A stretch of DNA of 64,000 bases from Gemmatimonadales bacterium. Lineage in GTDB: Bacteria; Gemmatimonadota; Gemmatimonadetes; Gemmatimonadales; GWC2-71-9. The DNA is taken from the NCBI GenBank assembly GCA_038209515.1, contig JBBQXQ010000004.1:1078-65077 (forward strand), given 5' to 3'. The position numbers were made by a program, and so were the translations under genes. Shown one piece after another: positions 36,948 to 46,320 of the stretch. Under the pieces are notes generated by a model. The model was not told where the DNA came from. It made no database searches and saw nothing but the letters and a program-made list of their open reading frames with translations. Every line of letters starts with the position of its first letter. Position 1 is the stretch's first letter.

Positions 36948-38525
36948 ATGAAGGCACCCTTGCTCATTCGACACTTCGCCGGCCTGCTGGTGCTCATTGC
37001 AGCCAATCCCGCTGCCGCCCAGTCCAGCGTCGATACTGCGGGTGCCGGGGCCCTGATCGATCAGGCCATGAATCACTCCGAGGTGATGCAGAATCTCCAG
37101 CACCTGAGCGATGTCATCGGGCCTCGTCTCTCCGGCTCACCGGCGATGCGACGCGCCAACGAGTGGACCGCGGAGCGGTTCAGATCCTACGGCCTTACGG
37201 CCGCCCTGGAGCCGTACACCTTCGGCGTCACCTGGGAGCGAGGGTCCACCACCGTCCGGCTCCTGGCCCCCTTTTCCCGCGAGATCACCGCCCACAGCTG
37301 GGCCTGGACCGACGGCACGGGAGGCAAGACCCTGAGCGGTCCCGTCGTCCTCACCGATCTCTCGACTCCGGAGAGCCTGGCGGTCTACCATACCAAGGTG
37401 AAAGGCGCCTGGGTGCTTCCCAGGGCTCCGTTCCCCACCTGGAATCCCGATGGTCCGCCGATGACCGCGGCCGACTCCGCCGACGTCCAGGCACAGATCA
37501 AGTTCCGGGGGAGCCCGTTCGCCGACACCTCTGCCGCGGCGGTGGCGGCTCGTCGCCAGTACCAGATCGATCTGTCCTATATCCTCCAGGCCGCCGGCGC
37601 GCTCGGCACCCTCATCGATGGCGCCAAGGACCATGGGCTCATGACGATGAGCGGCTCGCCGACTCGGGTGTCGCCGTTGCCCAGTGTGGTGATCTCGCAT
37701 GAGGACTACACCCTCCTTACCCGGCTTATCGGGGCGGGAGGGACACCCCGCCTCGTCGCCAGGATCGAAAACCGCATCGGCAAGACCCCGGTCCAGCAGT
37801 GGAACACGGTGGCCGAGCTCAAGGGGACCGAGCGGCCCGGCCAGGTCGTGATCCTCGGTGCCCACCTGGACAGTTGGGATCTCGGCACCGGTACCACCGA
37901 CAATGGCACCGGCTCGATGGTGGTGCTCGAGGCGGCCCGGGCCCTGGCGCAGTCCGGGCTCAAGCCGAAGCGCTCGATCCGCTTCATTCTGTTCAGTGGG
38001 GAGGAGCAGGGGTTGCTCGGCTCACGCGCCTACGCCGAGGCTCATGCCGGTAGCGCCGACAGCATCCAGGCCGTGCTGGTGCTGGACAATGGCACCGGGG
38101 CCATCACGGGCCAGGCACTACAGGGGCGGAAGGATTTGGAGGGTCTCTGGGAGCAGCTCCTGGAGCCGGTGGCGTCGCTCGGCGCCGACAGCGTGCGGGA
38201 CGCCAACAAGAGCGGCACCGACCATCTCTCGTTCCTACCCTATGGCGTGCCTGGGTTCAACTTCGATCAGATCTCCAGGGGATACAATCACACCCATCAC
38301 TCGCAGACCGATACGTACGACAAGGCTGTTGCGGGCGATCTTAAGCAGGCGGCGGCGGTCATGGCGGTCACGGCATATGAGCTGGCGAACCTGCCCGAGC
38401 TGTTGCCGCGTGGGACGAAGAGTCCGGTGATGCCGGTGCCGACGAAGCCGTCGCCCGGATTGGCGGTACGGCGGTACGGCGGTACGGCGGCGAGGCGGTA
38501 CGGCGGTGAGGCGGTACGGCGGTAG
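36948..38525 (+). CDS. M28 family metallopeptidase, exported
   Basis: ATG 36948 with a signal peptide. Motifs VILGAHLDSWDLGTGTTDNGTG, FSGEEQGLLGS, DHLSF. The last 21 codons and the stop are encoded by an 8-mer array. Confidence 0.85.
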   Translation: MKAPLLIRHFAGLLVLIAANPAAAQSSVDTAGAGALIDQAMNHSEVMQNLQHLSDVIGPRLSGSPAMRRANEWTAERFRSYGLTAALEPYTFGVTWERGSTTVRLLAPFSREITAHSWAWTDGTGGKTLSGPVVLTDLSTPESLAVYHTKVKGAWVLPRAPFPTWNPDGPPMTAADSADVQAQIKFRGSPFADTSAAAVAARRQYQIDLSYILQAAGALGTLIDGAKDHGLMTMSGSPTRVSPLPSVVISHEDYTLLTRLIGAGGTPRLVARIENRIGKTPVQQWNTVAELKGTERPGQVVILGAHLDSWDLGTGTTDNGTGSMVVLEAARALAQSGLKPKRSIRFILFSGEEQGLLGSRAYAEAHAGSADSIQAVLVLDNGTGAITGQALQGRKDLEGLWEQLLEPVASLGADSVRDANKSGTDHLSFLPYGVPGFNFDQISRGYNHTHHSQTDTYDKAVAGDLKQAAAVMAVTAYELANLPELLPRGTKSPVMPVPTKPSPGLAVRRYGGTAARRYGGEAVRR

Positions 38526-38565
38526 GAGTCATTGCGAGGGGGCAAAGCCCCCGAAGCAATCCAGC
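38462..38565. repeat. 8 x 8-bp tandem array (GGCGGTAC-type, 38462-38525) followed by a CATTGCGAGGGGGC...GCCCCCGAAGCAATC hairpin
   Basis: Units are ggcggtac x3, ggcggcga, ggcggtac, ggcggtga, ggcggtac, ggcggtag. The TAG of the last unit is the peptidase stop codon. Confidence 0.92.
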
Positions 38566-38600
38566 GGGTTCCGCCCCTCGTTCCGAGTGAGCCGCGGCGA

Positions 38601-39266
38601 TTACCGCGGCTTGATGACAACCTTCTGCACTCTCGTGCGCTCCCGCCCCTTATTATCAGCGACGGAAAGCTCGAGGGTGTATGTGCCCGGCCTCGTCGAG
38701 GCGAGATCCAACTCCTGCTGCCGGCGGGTAGCCACTCCATCCACCTGATCCTTGAAGCTGACCACCAGTGGCTTGGGCTTGGCTGAGCCTTTCTTCACCT
38801 GAGTGAGTCGAACTCGACCGCGGTAGGCCGTCCCCGAGGGCAACCCACACACATCGTAGTGGACCTCCACTGCCGATCCCGCTGCGACAGGGGACACCGG
38901 GTCCATCAGCAGGACAAACGGCGGCGTCTTCCGGTCGCTCGCAGGGGGGCACAGCGATCGTCCGGCTCCGGAGGCGTTGAGGGCGAACGCGCCGACCAGT
39001 GTCAGCGCGACTGCTCCACCCATGACGCCGGCGGTGCGAGGATTGCGCTTCGCTCCGCGCCACAGGTCGTCGCCGTACCGCTGCGCTCGCCGAAGCTCAT
39101 CCTTCGCTGCCCACTGCGCTCGCCGGAGCGCTCCCTGCGCCTTGGGCATCGCAACCCGGAGTGTGTCCCGCATTGCCCGAAGGGCATCCTGCACCGGCGA
39201 GGGCTGGAGGCGCCTTCTAATCGGGGGCATCCCTGGATCCGGAATCCCGGAAAATGGATTGCTCAT
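38601..39266 (-). CDS. hypothetical single-pass membrane protein with extracytoplasmic beta-rich domain
   Basis: 221 aa. One TM (AGVMGGAVALTLVGAFAL). Coding-like composition. Confidence 0.55.
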   Translation of the reverse strand: MSNPFSGIPDPGMPPIRRRLQPSPVQDALRAMRDTLRVAMPKAQGALRRAQWAAKDELRRAQRYGDDLWRGAKRNPRTAGVMGGAVALTLVGAFALNASGAGRSLCPPASDRKTPPFVLLMDPVSPVAAGSAVEVHYDVCGLPSGTAYRGRVRLTQVKKGSAKPKPLVVSFKDQVDGVATRRQQELDLASTRPGTYTLELSVADNKGRERTRVQKVVIKPR

Positions 39267-39619
39267 ATCCTCAGACCTCGCAGAAATTCTGGTTTCAGCT
39301 GGCTGGTGGGAGGAAGAAACCCGAGCAAGGATCGTGAAATTGGATCTCGGGCCGCCTTGCGGCTGCGGGTCTTGCGATCAATCCATTGATTCCCAACCAC
39401 ATGGAGTCTCGAGACAGAAATTGCATCTGCCCAACGGGCTCGCGCGATGGGGAACAAACCGGGTCGAGTCGGGCAATGTGCGAGGAGGATCCGGGGGTTC
39501 GACTGAAGAAAAACTGGCCACAGCGTCATTCCCACGTTGCGGGCGCCGTCAGCCTAATGGCGCTCGCAGACTGATGATTATACTGGTTAGGCAACTCCCG
39601 GCATCAAGGTTCTCCGATA

Positions 39620-40186
39620 ATGGGATTGTGGGTGGCCCTTACGCTTCTCTGGCTCCAGCAGCCGCTCGCGCTCTCGGCTCAGACGCCGGAGCAGTGGCAG
39701 GCCGCCGCTCGCACCATTCGCCGTCTACCGCCGGACTCGTTTCCCCAGCTTCCGGTGGCCATCCGCTCGGCGTTGAGTGCCCGTGGTTGCACGGTGCCCC
39801 AGTCATTCACCGAAGGACGACCTCACAACGTGATCTCGGGGCGCTTCGCCGGTGCACGCCAACGGGACTGGGCTGTGCGCTGCTCCCGCCAGGACAGCTC
39901 CTCGGTCCTGATTTTTTGGAGCGGCCGCGACCCCGGTACGCCCGCCGAGTTAGGCCGAACCTCGGACGCAGCCTTTCTGCAAGGCATCGGCGCCGGCCGG
40001 ATCGGGTACTCTCACGTGATTGCGGTGGCGGACCCCACCCGGATTCGCGAGTACACCGCGTCCGTCGGCGGGCCGCAGCCGAAGCGCTTGGATCATGACG
40101 GAGTGGAGGACGCGTTTGCGGAGAAGGCCTCAGCCGTGCTGTATCTGGAGCAGGGCCGCTGGCTGTCGCTGGCCGGAGCCGACTAA
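39620..40186 (+). CDS. hypothetical exported protein
   Basis: Signal peptide MGLWVALTLLWLQQPLALSAQ. No family recognised. Confidence 0.55.
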   Translation: MGLWVALTLLWLQQPLALSAQTPEQWQAAARTIRRLPPDSFPQLPVAIRSALSARGCTVPQSFTEGRPHNVISGRFAGARQRDWAVRCSRQDSSSVLIFWSGRDPGTPAELGRTSDAAFLQGIGAGRIGYSHVIAVADPTRIREYTASVGGPQPKRLDHDGVEDAFAEKASAVLYLEQGRWLSLAGAD

Positions 40187-40192
40187 CTCCCG

Positions 40193-40774
40193 ATGCTTTG
40201 CCGGCCTCGCGTCTCGGCGCTGATTCTGCTCGCTTGGCTGGCTGGTTGCGGCTCTCCCAAGAGCCACACCCAGCGCCCGGAAGGGGCGGATGACCCGAAT
40301 ACAAGCTTCGGTCGTCCGGCTGTACTCGCGCGGAATGAAGGGGAGGCCCGTATGCTCCAGGGCCGCAAGCCGATTTGGATCAAGGTCGATCCGCAGACCC
40401 TGGGGTCTCGCACGCTCACTGTAGGGATGGAAGATATGCCGCCAGGCGACTCGATCGGTGTCCACAAGCATCTGCAAGAGGATGAGGTCGTGTTCGTCCA
40501 CCGGGGCGAAGTCGAGGTCACTCTTGGCGACTCGACCTTGCAAGCAAAGGCGGGTGGCACTGTGTTTATCCCCCGGGAAACGTGGATTGGCTTTCGGGTC
40601 AAGGGAGCCGATACGGCAACGATCGTCTTCGCGTTCAACGCACCGGGGTTTGAGAAGTGCTTGCGGCTTCTGTCGGCTCCTGCTGGCACGGCCTTTGTCT
40701 CGCCTCCTGCTCACGTAGTCGCAGCGGCCCGGCGGGAGTGCCACCAGGTGCGCCGGGCCGACGAGACTCACTAG
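40193..40774 (+). CDS. cupin domain lipoprotein
   Basis: Lipobox LAWLAGC. Cupin motifs GVHKHLQEDEVVFVHRGE ... GGTVFIP. Confidence 0.7.
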   Translation: MLCRPRVSALILLAWLAGCGSPKSHTQRPEGADDPNTSFGRPAVLARNEGEARMLQGRKPIWIKVDPQTLGSRTLTVGMEDMPPGDSIGVHKHLQEDEVVFVHRGEVEVTLGDSTLQAKAGGTVFIPRETWIGFRVKGADTATIVFAFNAPGFEKCLRLLSAPAGTAFVSPPAHVVAAARRECHQVRRADETH

Positions 40775-40835
40775 TCGGGCAGTCGGTGCCCACGGCGGTG
40801 CTTTGCGGGTCACCTATCTAAGCGAAGGCAGGAAG

Positions 40836-41360
40836 ATGAGCGCAAGCTCCAACAGAAGCCTTGACCGGATTGCAGCCGGAGGTCTTTTGGTGGGCGCCGT
40901 GTTCGGGCTCGCCGGTACGTTCGCCGCCTCGTGGCACGTCCAGGCGAGCTTGTGGGCGATTGACAGCGTCGCTCTGGTGATCGCGACCAGTCTCCTGGCC
41001 GTGAGATACTTGCGAGCTGGAGCCGAGATCGTAGCCGCGGGCTTTCTTGTATTCGCGATCGGGGAGGGCGTCCTCTTGTCGGGGACGGCCGCGGGACCCG
41101 CGGCCAGTGTGCCTGCCTTCGCAGCGGGAACCGCGCTCTGGGCCGCCGCGCTGGCCCTCATCAGTGCACCGCCCCGGCTACCGGGGTGGTTGCGTGTGTT
41201 GGGCGGTGGCGCCGCATGTATGTTCGCCATCACGGCCGGCCGCATTTATGGGGGCGAGGCGCTGCTGCCCACCTCGTCGCCGCTCCCGTTCTACGCCTAC
41301 CCGTTCCTCGTCGCGACGTTGCTGGGTTGGGCATGGGTGCTCCTGGGGGAGCATTCCTGA
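40836..41360 (+). CDS. hypothetical polytopic membrane protein
   Basis: ~5 TM segments. ATG 40836 preceded by AGGCAGGAAG. The ORF is open from TTG 40803. Confidence 0.55.
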   Translation: MSASSNRSLDRIAAGGLLVGAVFGLAGTFAASWHVQASLWAIDSVALVIATSLLAVRYLRAGAEIVAAGFLVFAIGEGVLLSGTAAGPAASVPAFAAGTALWAAALALISAPPRLPGWLRVLGGGAACMFAITAGRIYGGEALLPTSSPLPFYAYPFLVATLLGWAWVLLGEHS

Positions 41361-41421
41361 GGGCTTGCCAGGTCCGTTAGGCCGCATCACGAGATTGAAC
41401 CGCAGCCCGGGGGTCCGACCT

Positions 41422-42345
41422 ATGGTGAGCACATTGGGCGTTGCGCTGGGCCTCGCGGGCTTCCTCGTGTGTCAGGGCGCTGTCGTGGGCGCCGCTCAGC
41501 GCGCGCCGGCTGGAACACGGGAGCATGCGGTAGTCGTGATGCTCGGTACCGGCACGCCCCGCCCTCTGCCCGACGTGTGGGGACCGGCGGCCGCAGTGGT
41601 AGTGGGAGGCCGGGTGTTCCTTGTCGACGCCGGCGTCGGCGTCGAGCGGCGACTCGCCGCGGCCGGCCTTCCGATCGACGGCGTCACCGCGGTCTTCATT
41701 ACGCACCTCCATAGCGATCACGTGCTCGGCTTGGCGGACCTCATCTTCACGTCTTGGGTGATGGGGCGCACACGGCCGTTCCCGGTCTACGGGCCGCACG
41801 GCCTCGCCCAAATGACCGAGCACCTCTATGCAGCGTTCAGCGAAGACATTCAGATCCGCACGGAAGGACTCGAACACGAATCACGAGAAGGCTACCGAAT
41901 AGAGGTACGAGAGATCGGGCCGAGTGTCGTCTACGACAGTGGCGGTGTGCGCATCACCGCGTTCTTGGTCAATCATGGCGAATGGCGCGAGGCGTACGGC
42001 TACCGCTTCGACAGTCCCGGCCGAAGCGTTGTATTCTCGGGCGACACGCGGCCGAGTGAGGAGCTCGTGCGGATGGCGACGGGAGTCGACGTGCTCATCC
42101 ACGAGGTGCAACCATCAGATTCCACGCGACATCCGGGGAATCGCTCCGCCACCGAGTGGGCGAGGTATGTCCGTGAGTATCACACGACCGCGTTGCAACT
42201 GGGCGAGCTGGCAGCTCGAGCACGGCCCAAGCTCCTCATTGTCTATCACAACGGTCGACGGGTCACCGCCGATCGGATCTTCGCCGATATCCGGCGATCA
42301 TTCTTGGGACCGGTTGCAATTGCTGCCGATCTCCAGCGCTTTTGA
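41422..42345 (+). CDS. MBL-fold metallo-hydrolase, exported
   Basis: HLHSDH motif, signal peptide MVSTLGVALGLAGFLVCQGA, ATG 41422. The upstream part of the 432-aa ORF overlaps the previous gene and is discarded. Confidence 0.8.
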   Translation: MVSTLGVALGLAGFLVCQGAVVGAAQRAPAGTREHAVVVMLGTGTPRPLPDVWGPAAAVVVGGRVFLVDAGVGVERRLAAAGLPIDGVTAVFITHLHSDHVLGLADLIFTSWVMGRTRPFPVYGPHGLAQMTEHLYAAFSEDIQIRTEGLEHESREGYRIEVREIGPSVVYDSGGVRITAFLVNHGEWREAYGYRFDSPGRSVVFSGDTRPSEELVRMATGVDVLIHEVQPSDSTRHPGNRSATEWARYVREYHTTALQLGELAARARPKLLIVYHNGRRVTADRIFADIRRSFLGPVAIAADLQRF

Positions 42346-42357
42346 GGCGAGTCGTGC

Positions 42358-42944
42358 GTGCGCGCGAAACTCTCATCTGTAACGTGCACCGAACCAGCGC
42401 ATGCAGCCGTGATCCCTGACCTTCGGGATACGATCCTCAACACTTGGCGGACCAGCAATCGAATCACGGTCTTCCTGTTTGAGCACCTGCCGCCGGGGCT
42501 GTGGGCCGCTGCTGTCCCTGAGGCGCCCCGTCGCACGATTCGCATGATCGCGGGCCACCTGCACAATGCCCGCTGCATGTGGATCAAGACCTTGGGCCAG
42601 GAATTGGGCATCCCCGTGCCCCGTAGCGTCGACCGACGGCGAGTCGGGCGCCAGGAGCTGGTTCAGGCCCTCCACCGGAGTAGCCGGGGAATCCTCCGCC
42701 TGCTTACCCTTGGCTGTGAGCAGGGCGGCACCATCCCGACGGCTTCGACGTACATCTGGCGTAATCTTCCGCTCGACGTAGGGCACGTTCTCGGCTATTT
42801 CGTGGCCCACGAAGCCCACCACCGCGGCCAGATTGTGCTCGTGGCCCGGGCACTGGGCATCGACTCCCAGCGCCCGTCACCGACGGTCTCTGGCAGTGGA
42901 CAAAGCGCGCGGCGGAGGCGAGCCCGAGCGGCGCTGACGCCTAA
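42358..42944 (+). pseudogene. DinB-family protein with an apparent 1-nt frameshift near codon 167
   Basis: Frame A reads ...GYFVAHEAHHRGQIVLVARALG, then runs on into Arg/Pro-rich junk to 43101 and overlaps the next gene. Shifting -1 at ~42858 gives HRLPAPVTDGLWQWTKRAAEASPSGADA followed by a stop at 42942-42944. That looks like a natural family C-terminus. Confidence 0.6.
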
Positions 42945-42982
42945 CCCGCCCATGCAGCCGAGCTTCAGGCCTAATGAGGTCC

Positions 42983-43732
42983 CTACATGGCCTCGATCCA
43001 GGCCGCCCGGTGGTAGGTCTCCGGGTCGTATAGGTCCGGCTGAAGCTTTACGTCGGCCCGGATATGACGGTACTCCTCCCGCTGCACTTCCTTCCCGTTG
43101 ACCTTGATTACGCACCTCGGCGCGACCCACGCCTTCGCGAGCGGCCGGTAATTTTCGAAGGTGATGTCGAGGACGCTGGGCGGGCCCGACGGATTCTTCT
43201 GACTCTTGTGCGACCCGATCAACCGGACGAAGAGCAGTCGCTTCTGCTCGATCCAGAACTGGTTCGTCGTCGTGTCGCCCTTGTCCGCCCCGACCACCCA
43301 GACCTTGGTGCCATTCCAGCTGTCCTCCCGAATCTTGCTCAGATCGACCGACTGGGCCTTGAGCTGCGCGACAGTTGTCTCGGTCGGCTGGCCGTACACG
43401 TCGAATCCGAGCGTCATGAGAAGATTGCGGTCCGCACGAGCATCGACCCGTTTGCCCCCTTTGAAGACAATCGCCGAGTCCCCCACGTACATAAAAGCGT
43501 TCATGCTGTCCAGCGGCGCGATGTCGATTCGGAGCTTGCCCGGAATGGTCCCCGCCTCGTACCAGGTCTCTGCCGGCCGGTCGGGAAAGGTGGTCGTCTG
43601 CACGAAGGTGAGATTGTGATACCACTTCCCCGCATACCGGGTGTGCATCTGACGCACCAGCTCTTCGCCGGACCGGGGAACGTCGTGGGCTCCGAGCAGC
43701 ATCAGCGGGATCAATAGGGCAGAGGGCAGCAC
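42983..43732 (-). CDS. hypothetical exported protein (LolA-like size and beta-rich pattern)
   Basis: Signal-like N-terminus MLPSALLIPLMLLGA. Coding-like composition. Confidence 0.55.
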   Translation of the reverse strand: MLPSALLIPLMLLGAHDVPRSGEELVRQMHTRYAGKWYHNLTFVQTTTFPDRPAETWYEAGTIPGKLRIDIAPLDSMNAFMYVGDSAIVFKGGKRVDARADRNLLMTLGFDVYGQPTETTVAQLKAQSVDLSKIREDSWNGTKVWVVGADKGDTTTNQFWIEQKRLLFVRLIGSHKSQKNPSGPPSVLDITFENYRPLAKAWVAPRCVIKVNGKEVQREEYRHIRADVKLQPDLYDPETYHRAAWIEAM

Positions 43733-43876
43733 TGAGCCCCCGGGGATTGAGTCGGATGGTACCGAATGGCAGCCCTACGCCAGGCCGGGCTCAAGGTTTC
43801 GGGTGTCGAGCCATCACAGCGCAGTTTGAGGGGACGGAGCCTCTTTGGGTTCCGGGTAAGGGTGACAGCGTCGAAT

Positions 43877-44266
43877 CTATTTCTTGGGTAGCGCCACCGT
43901 GCACTTCGTCTCGAACCCGCCCCGCACGTTGTAGAGCGTGCTGACCTCCAGGCTCTGCGGCTCGAGGAGCTTGAAGAGATCCTCGGCGATCCGTCCCGTC
44001 GCGTGCTCCTGGAAGATCCCGACGTTCCGGTAGCTGGTCACGTAGTACTTGAGACTCTTGAGCTCGACGCAGCGATCCGACGGCGTGTAGCGGATGGTGA
44101 GCGTGGCGAAGTCGGGCAGGCCGCTATAGGGGCAGACGGCGGTGAATTCTCTGGTCTCGGTGACGATCTCCTGCTCGGGTCCGGTGTACTCAAAGGTCTC
44201 GAGCACCGCGGCATCAATGGCCTCGGGGCCGACGGACGGGACGGTCCTGCCTTCTGCGGTGGCCAT
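43877..44266 (-). CDS. queF: NADPH-dependent 7-cyano-7-deazaguanine reductase (unimodular type)
   Basis: EFTAVCPYSGLPDFATLTIRY...SLKYY..S[YF]R, with the catalytic Cys in the CP motif. ATG 44266. Confidence 0.9.
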   Translation of the reverse strand: MATAEGRTVPSVGPEAIDAAVLETFEYTGPEQEIVTETREFTAVCPYSGLPDFATLTIRYTPSDRCVELKSLKYYVTSYRNVGIFQEHATGRIAEDLFKLLEPQSLEVSTLYNVRGGFETKCTVALPKK

Positions 44267-44304
44267 GCTGGGTCCTGGTCGGTGGTCAGATGAAAGATAA
44301 GCAT

Positions 44305-44420
44305 GCCCCGAGCGGAGAGAGGATGAGTTCCTCATCCCGAGAGAGGCCAAGCGAACGAAGGACCTACTCGGCTTCTGATTGCCGCGGAGTAGATCCCTCG
44401 TTGCACTCGGGATGAGGAGT
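44305..44420. repeat. nested hairpin repeat element (CTCATCCCGAG ... CTCGGGATGAG), same family as 31202-31312 in opposite orientation
   Basis: The reverse complement shares CCTCATCCCGAGTG[A/C]AACGAGGGATCTACTC with 31204-31235. Confidence 0.85.
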
Positions 44421-44460
44421 CTTACCGGCCCTTCGCTGCGGTCGCCTTACCGCTCACCGC

Positions 44461-46320
44461 TTATCGCTCCTTTACCATCCCCGTCTCCAGCCAGGAATGC
44501 TCTCCCTTCAGCACCTGCTGAGCCACCGCGTAGGTCCGCACGTCGTCGTTGTCGAACACCGCCTCGAAGCGTTCCGCGACCCGGCGGCGCGCCTGCCAGC
44601 TGAAGAGGCCGGCCAGCTCGACCGGGCCCCGATTGGTCGGATCCTTCTTGTACATGGAGTACGCCTTGGAGCACGCCGCGGTGATGGCCAGGAGCTCGGC
44701 GCCGATCTCGACCAGTCTTCCCAGCACCGCCTGGCGCTTCTCCAGCTTCGGCCCAAACCGGACCATGCAGTGGAAGAGCGTGCGGGCCAGACGGCGGCAT
44801 GAACGCGATACGAAGCGGACATGGGTGGCCAGCGGACCGAATTCGCTGTACCGCGGTATGCGTCCCCAACCCAGCCAGAGCTTGGGATACCAGTAGGCGT
44901 AGTAGGCGCCCGAGCGGAGCAAGGCCTGGATCTTCTTCGCCATCGGCGCCTTCGGGTCGATCAGGTCGCCAGCGAGCTTGAGATGGGTATCCACCGCTTC
45001 GCGGGCGATGAACAGCCGCATGATCTCGCTGGACCCCTCGAAGATCAGGTTGATGCGATAGTCCCGCATCATGCGCTCGATCGGGTCGGGGCGCTCGCCC
45101 CGGCTCCTCAGGCTGTCCGCGGTCTCGTAGCCGCGGCCGCCCTTGATCTGGAGCGTGTCATCCACGATCCGCCAACCGGTCTCGGTGTTCCACATCTTGG
45201 CCATGGCGGCCTCGAGCCGGATGTCTGCGTCGCCCCGGTCGGCCATGAGGGAGGCGAGGTCGGACACGGCCTCCATGGCGAAGATCTCTGCCGCCATCCG
45301 GCCGATCTTCTGGGCGATGGCGTCGTGCTTCCCGATCGGTTGACCCCATTGCACCCGCTTCGCGGCCCAAATCCGCACGATCTCCAGGCACCGCTTGGCG
45401 CCGGCGACGGCCGAGGCGGGCAGCGTGAGCCGACCGGTGTTGAGGGTGATCAGCGCCAGCTTGAGCCCTTTCCCCTCGCCCCAGAGCACGTTCTCGACCG
45501 GGACCTTCACGTTGGTGAAGCGGATGATCCCGTTCTCCAGCGCCTTCAGTCCCATGAAGTGGAGCCGCTGCACCACCTCCACGCCGGGCCAGTTCGTCTC
45601 TACGATGAAGGCCGTGATCTTCTTCGGGCCGGTCCGCGCCATCACGACCATTAGCTCCGCGATGGTGCCGTTGGTGCACCAGAGCTTCTCGCCGTTGAGA
45701 ACGTAGCTCTTACTGTCTGCCGAGAGCGTGGCGGTGGTGCTGAGCGCCGCCGGGTCGGAGCCCACCTGGTTTTCGGTGAGCGCGAAGGCAGACACCGCGC
45801 CTGCGGCCAGGCGGGGCAAGTACTTCTTCTTCTGCGAAGGAGTGCCGAACAGCTTGAGCGGCGTGGGGACGCCAATGGACTGCGCCGCGGAGAGCAGGGC
45901 AGTGAGGTTGCCGTCCTGGCTGGTTACCAAACCGACAGCGTGGGTGTAGCTGTACTGGCTCAGCCCGAGTCCGCCGTATTCGACCGGGATCTTGATGCCG
46001 AACGCGCCGATCTCACCCAGTCCCCTGACGATATCGGTGGGAATCTTCCCGTCGCGATCGATCTTGTCGCTGTCCACCCGCTCCTGCATGAAGCGCTCGA
46101 GCTTCTCCATGAACGGCTTGGCCCGCGCGAGATCGGCCGGGTCCGGCTCGGGGAACGGATGCACCAGGTCGAGCCGGAACGAGCCCTCGAACAGCTCCCG
46201 CACGAAGCTGGGCGACTCCCACTCCTTCTCCCGCGCGGCCTCGGCGACATCGCGCGCCTCCTGCTCGGTGGCGAGCGGAGTAGGGGTCAATCGGTCGGGA
46301 CCGGCGAGAACGTCAGTCAT
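44461..46320 (-). CDS. acyl-CoA dehydrogenase family protein (long, FadE-like with C-terminal extension)
   Basis: 619 aa. ACAD N/M/C-domain pattern (ALTENQVGSDPAAL, GEKLWCTNG, QIKGGRGYE). Confidence 0.88.
   Translation of the reverse strand: MTDVLAGPDRLTPTPLATEQEARDVAEAAREKEWESPSFVRELFEGSFRLDLVHPFPEPDPADLARAKPFMEKLERFMQERVDSDKIDRDGKIPTDIVRGLGEIGAFGIKIPVEYGGLGLSQYSYTHAVGLVTSQDGNLTALLSAAQSIGVPTPLKLFGTPSQKKKYLPRLAAGAVSAFALTENQVGSDPAALSTTATLSADSKSYVLNGEKLWCTNGTIAELMVVMARTGPKKITAFIVETNWPGVEVVQRLHFMGLKALENGIIRFTNVKVPVENVLWGEGKGLKLALITLNTGRLTLPASAVAGAKRCLEIVRIWAAKRVQWGQPIGKHDAIAQKIGRMAAEIFAMEAVSDLASLMADRGDADIRLEAAMAKMWNTETGWRIVDDTLQIKGGRGYETADSLRSRGERPDPIERMMRDYRINLIFEGSSEIMRLFIAREAVDTHLKLAGDLIDPKAPMAKKIQALLRSGAYYAYWYPKLWLGWGRIPRYSEFGPLATHVRFVSRSCRRLARTLFHCMVRFGPKLEKRQAVLGRLVEIGAELLAITAACSKAYSMYKKDPTNRGPVELAGLFSWQARRRVAERFEAVFDNDDVRTYAVAQQVLKGEHSWLETGMVKER

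Noticed and set aside
38462-38525. Possibility that the tandem arrays are CRISPR arrays.
   Set aside because: The units are only 7-9 bp and directly adjacent, with no unique spacers. No cas genes are in the window.
39267-39619. Possible tRNA or sRNA in the 353-bp intergenic region (contains GGTTCGACT and an ATCAATccATTGAT palindrome).
   Set aside because: No acceptor-stem or anticodon-arm geometry could be built around the GTTCGA motif. The palindrome is noted only as a possible operator and is not strong enough to call.
38601-43732. Block of hypothetical exported proteins as a genomic island or mobile element.
   Set aside because: There is no integrase, transposase, flanking tRNA or clear direct repeats. 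GC content and codon style look like the rest of the window.
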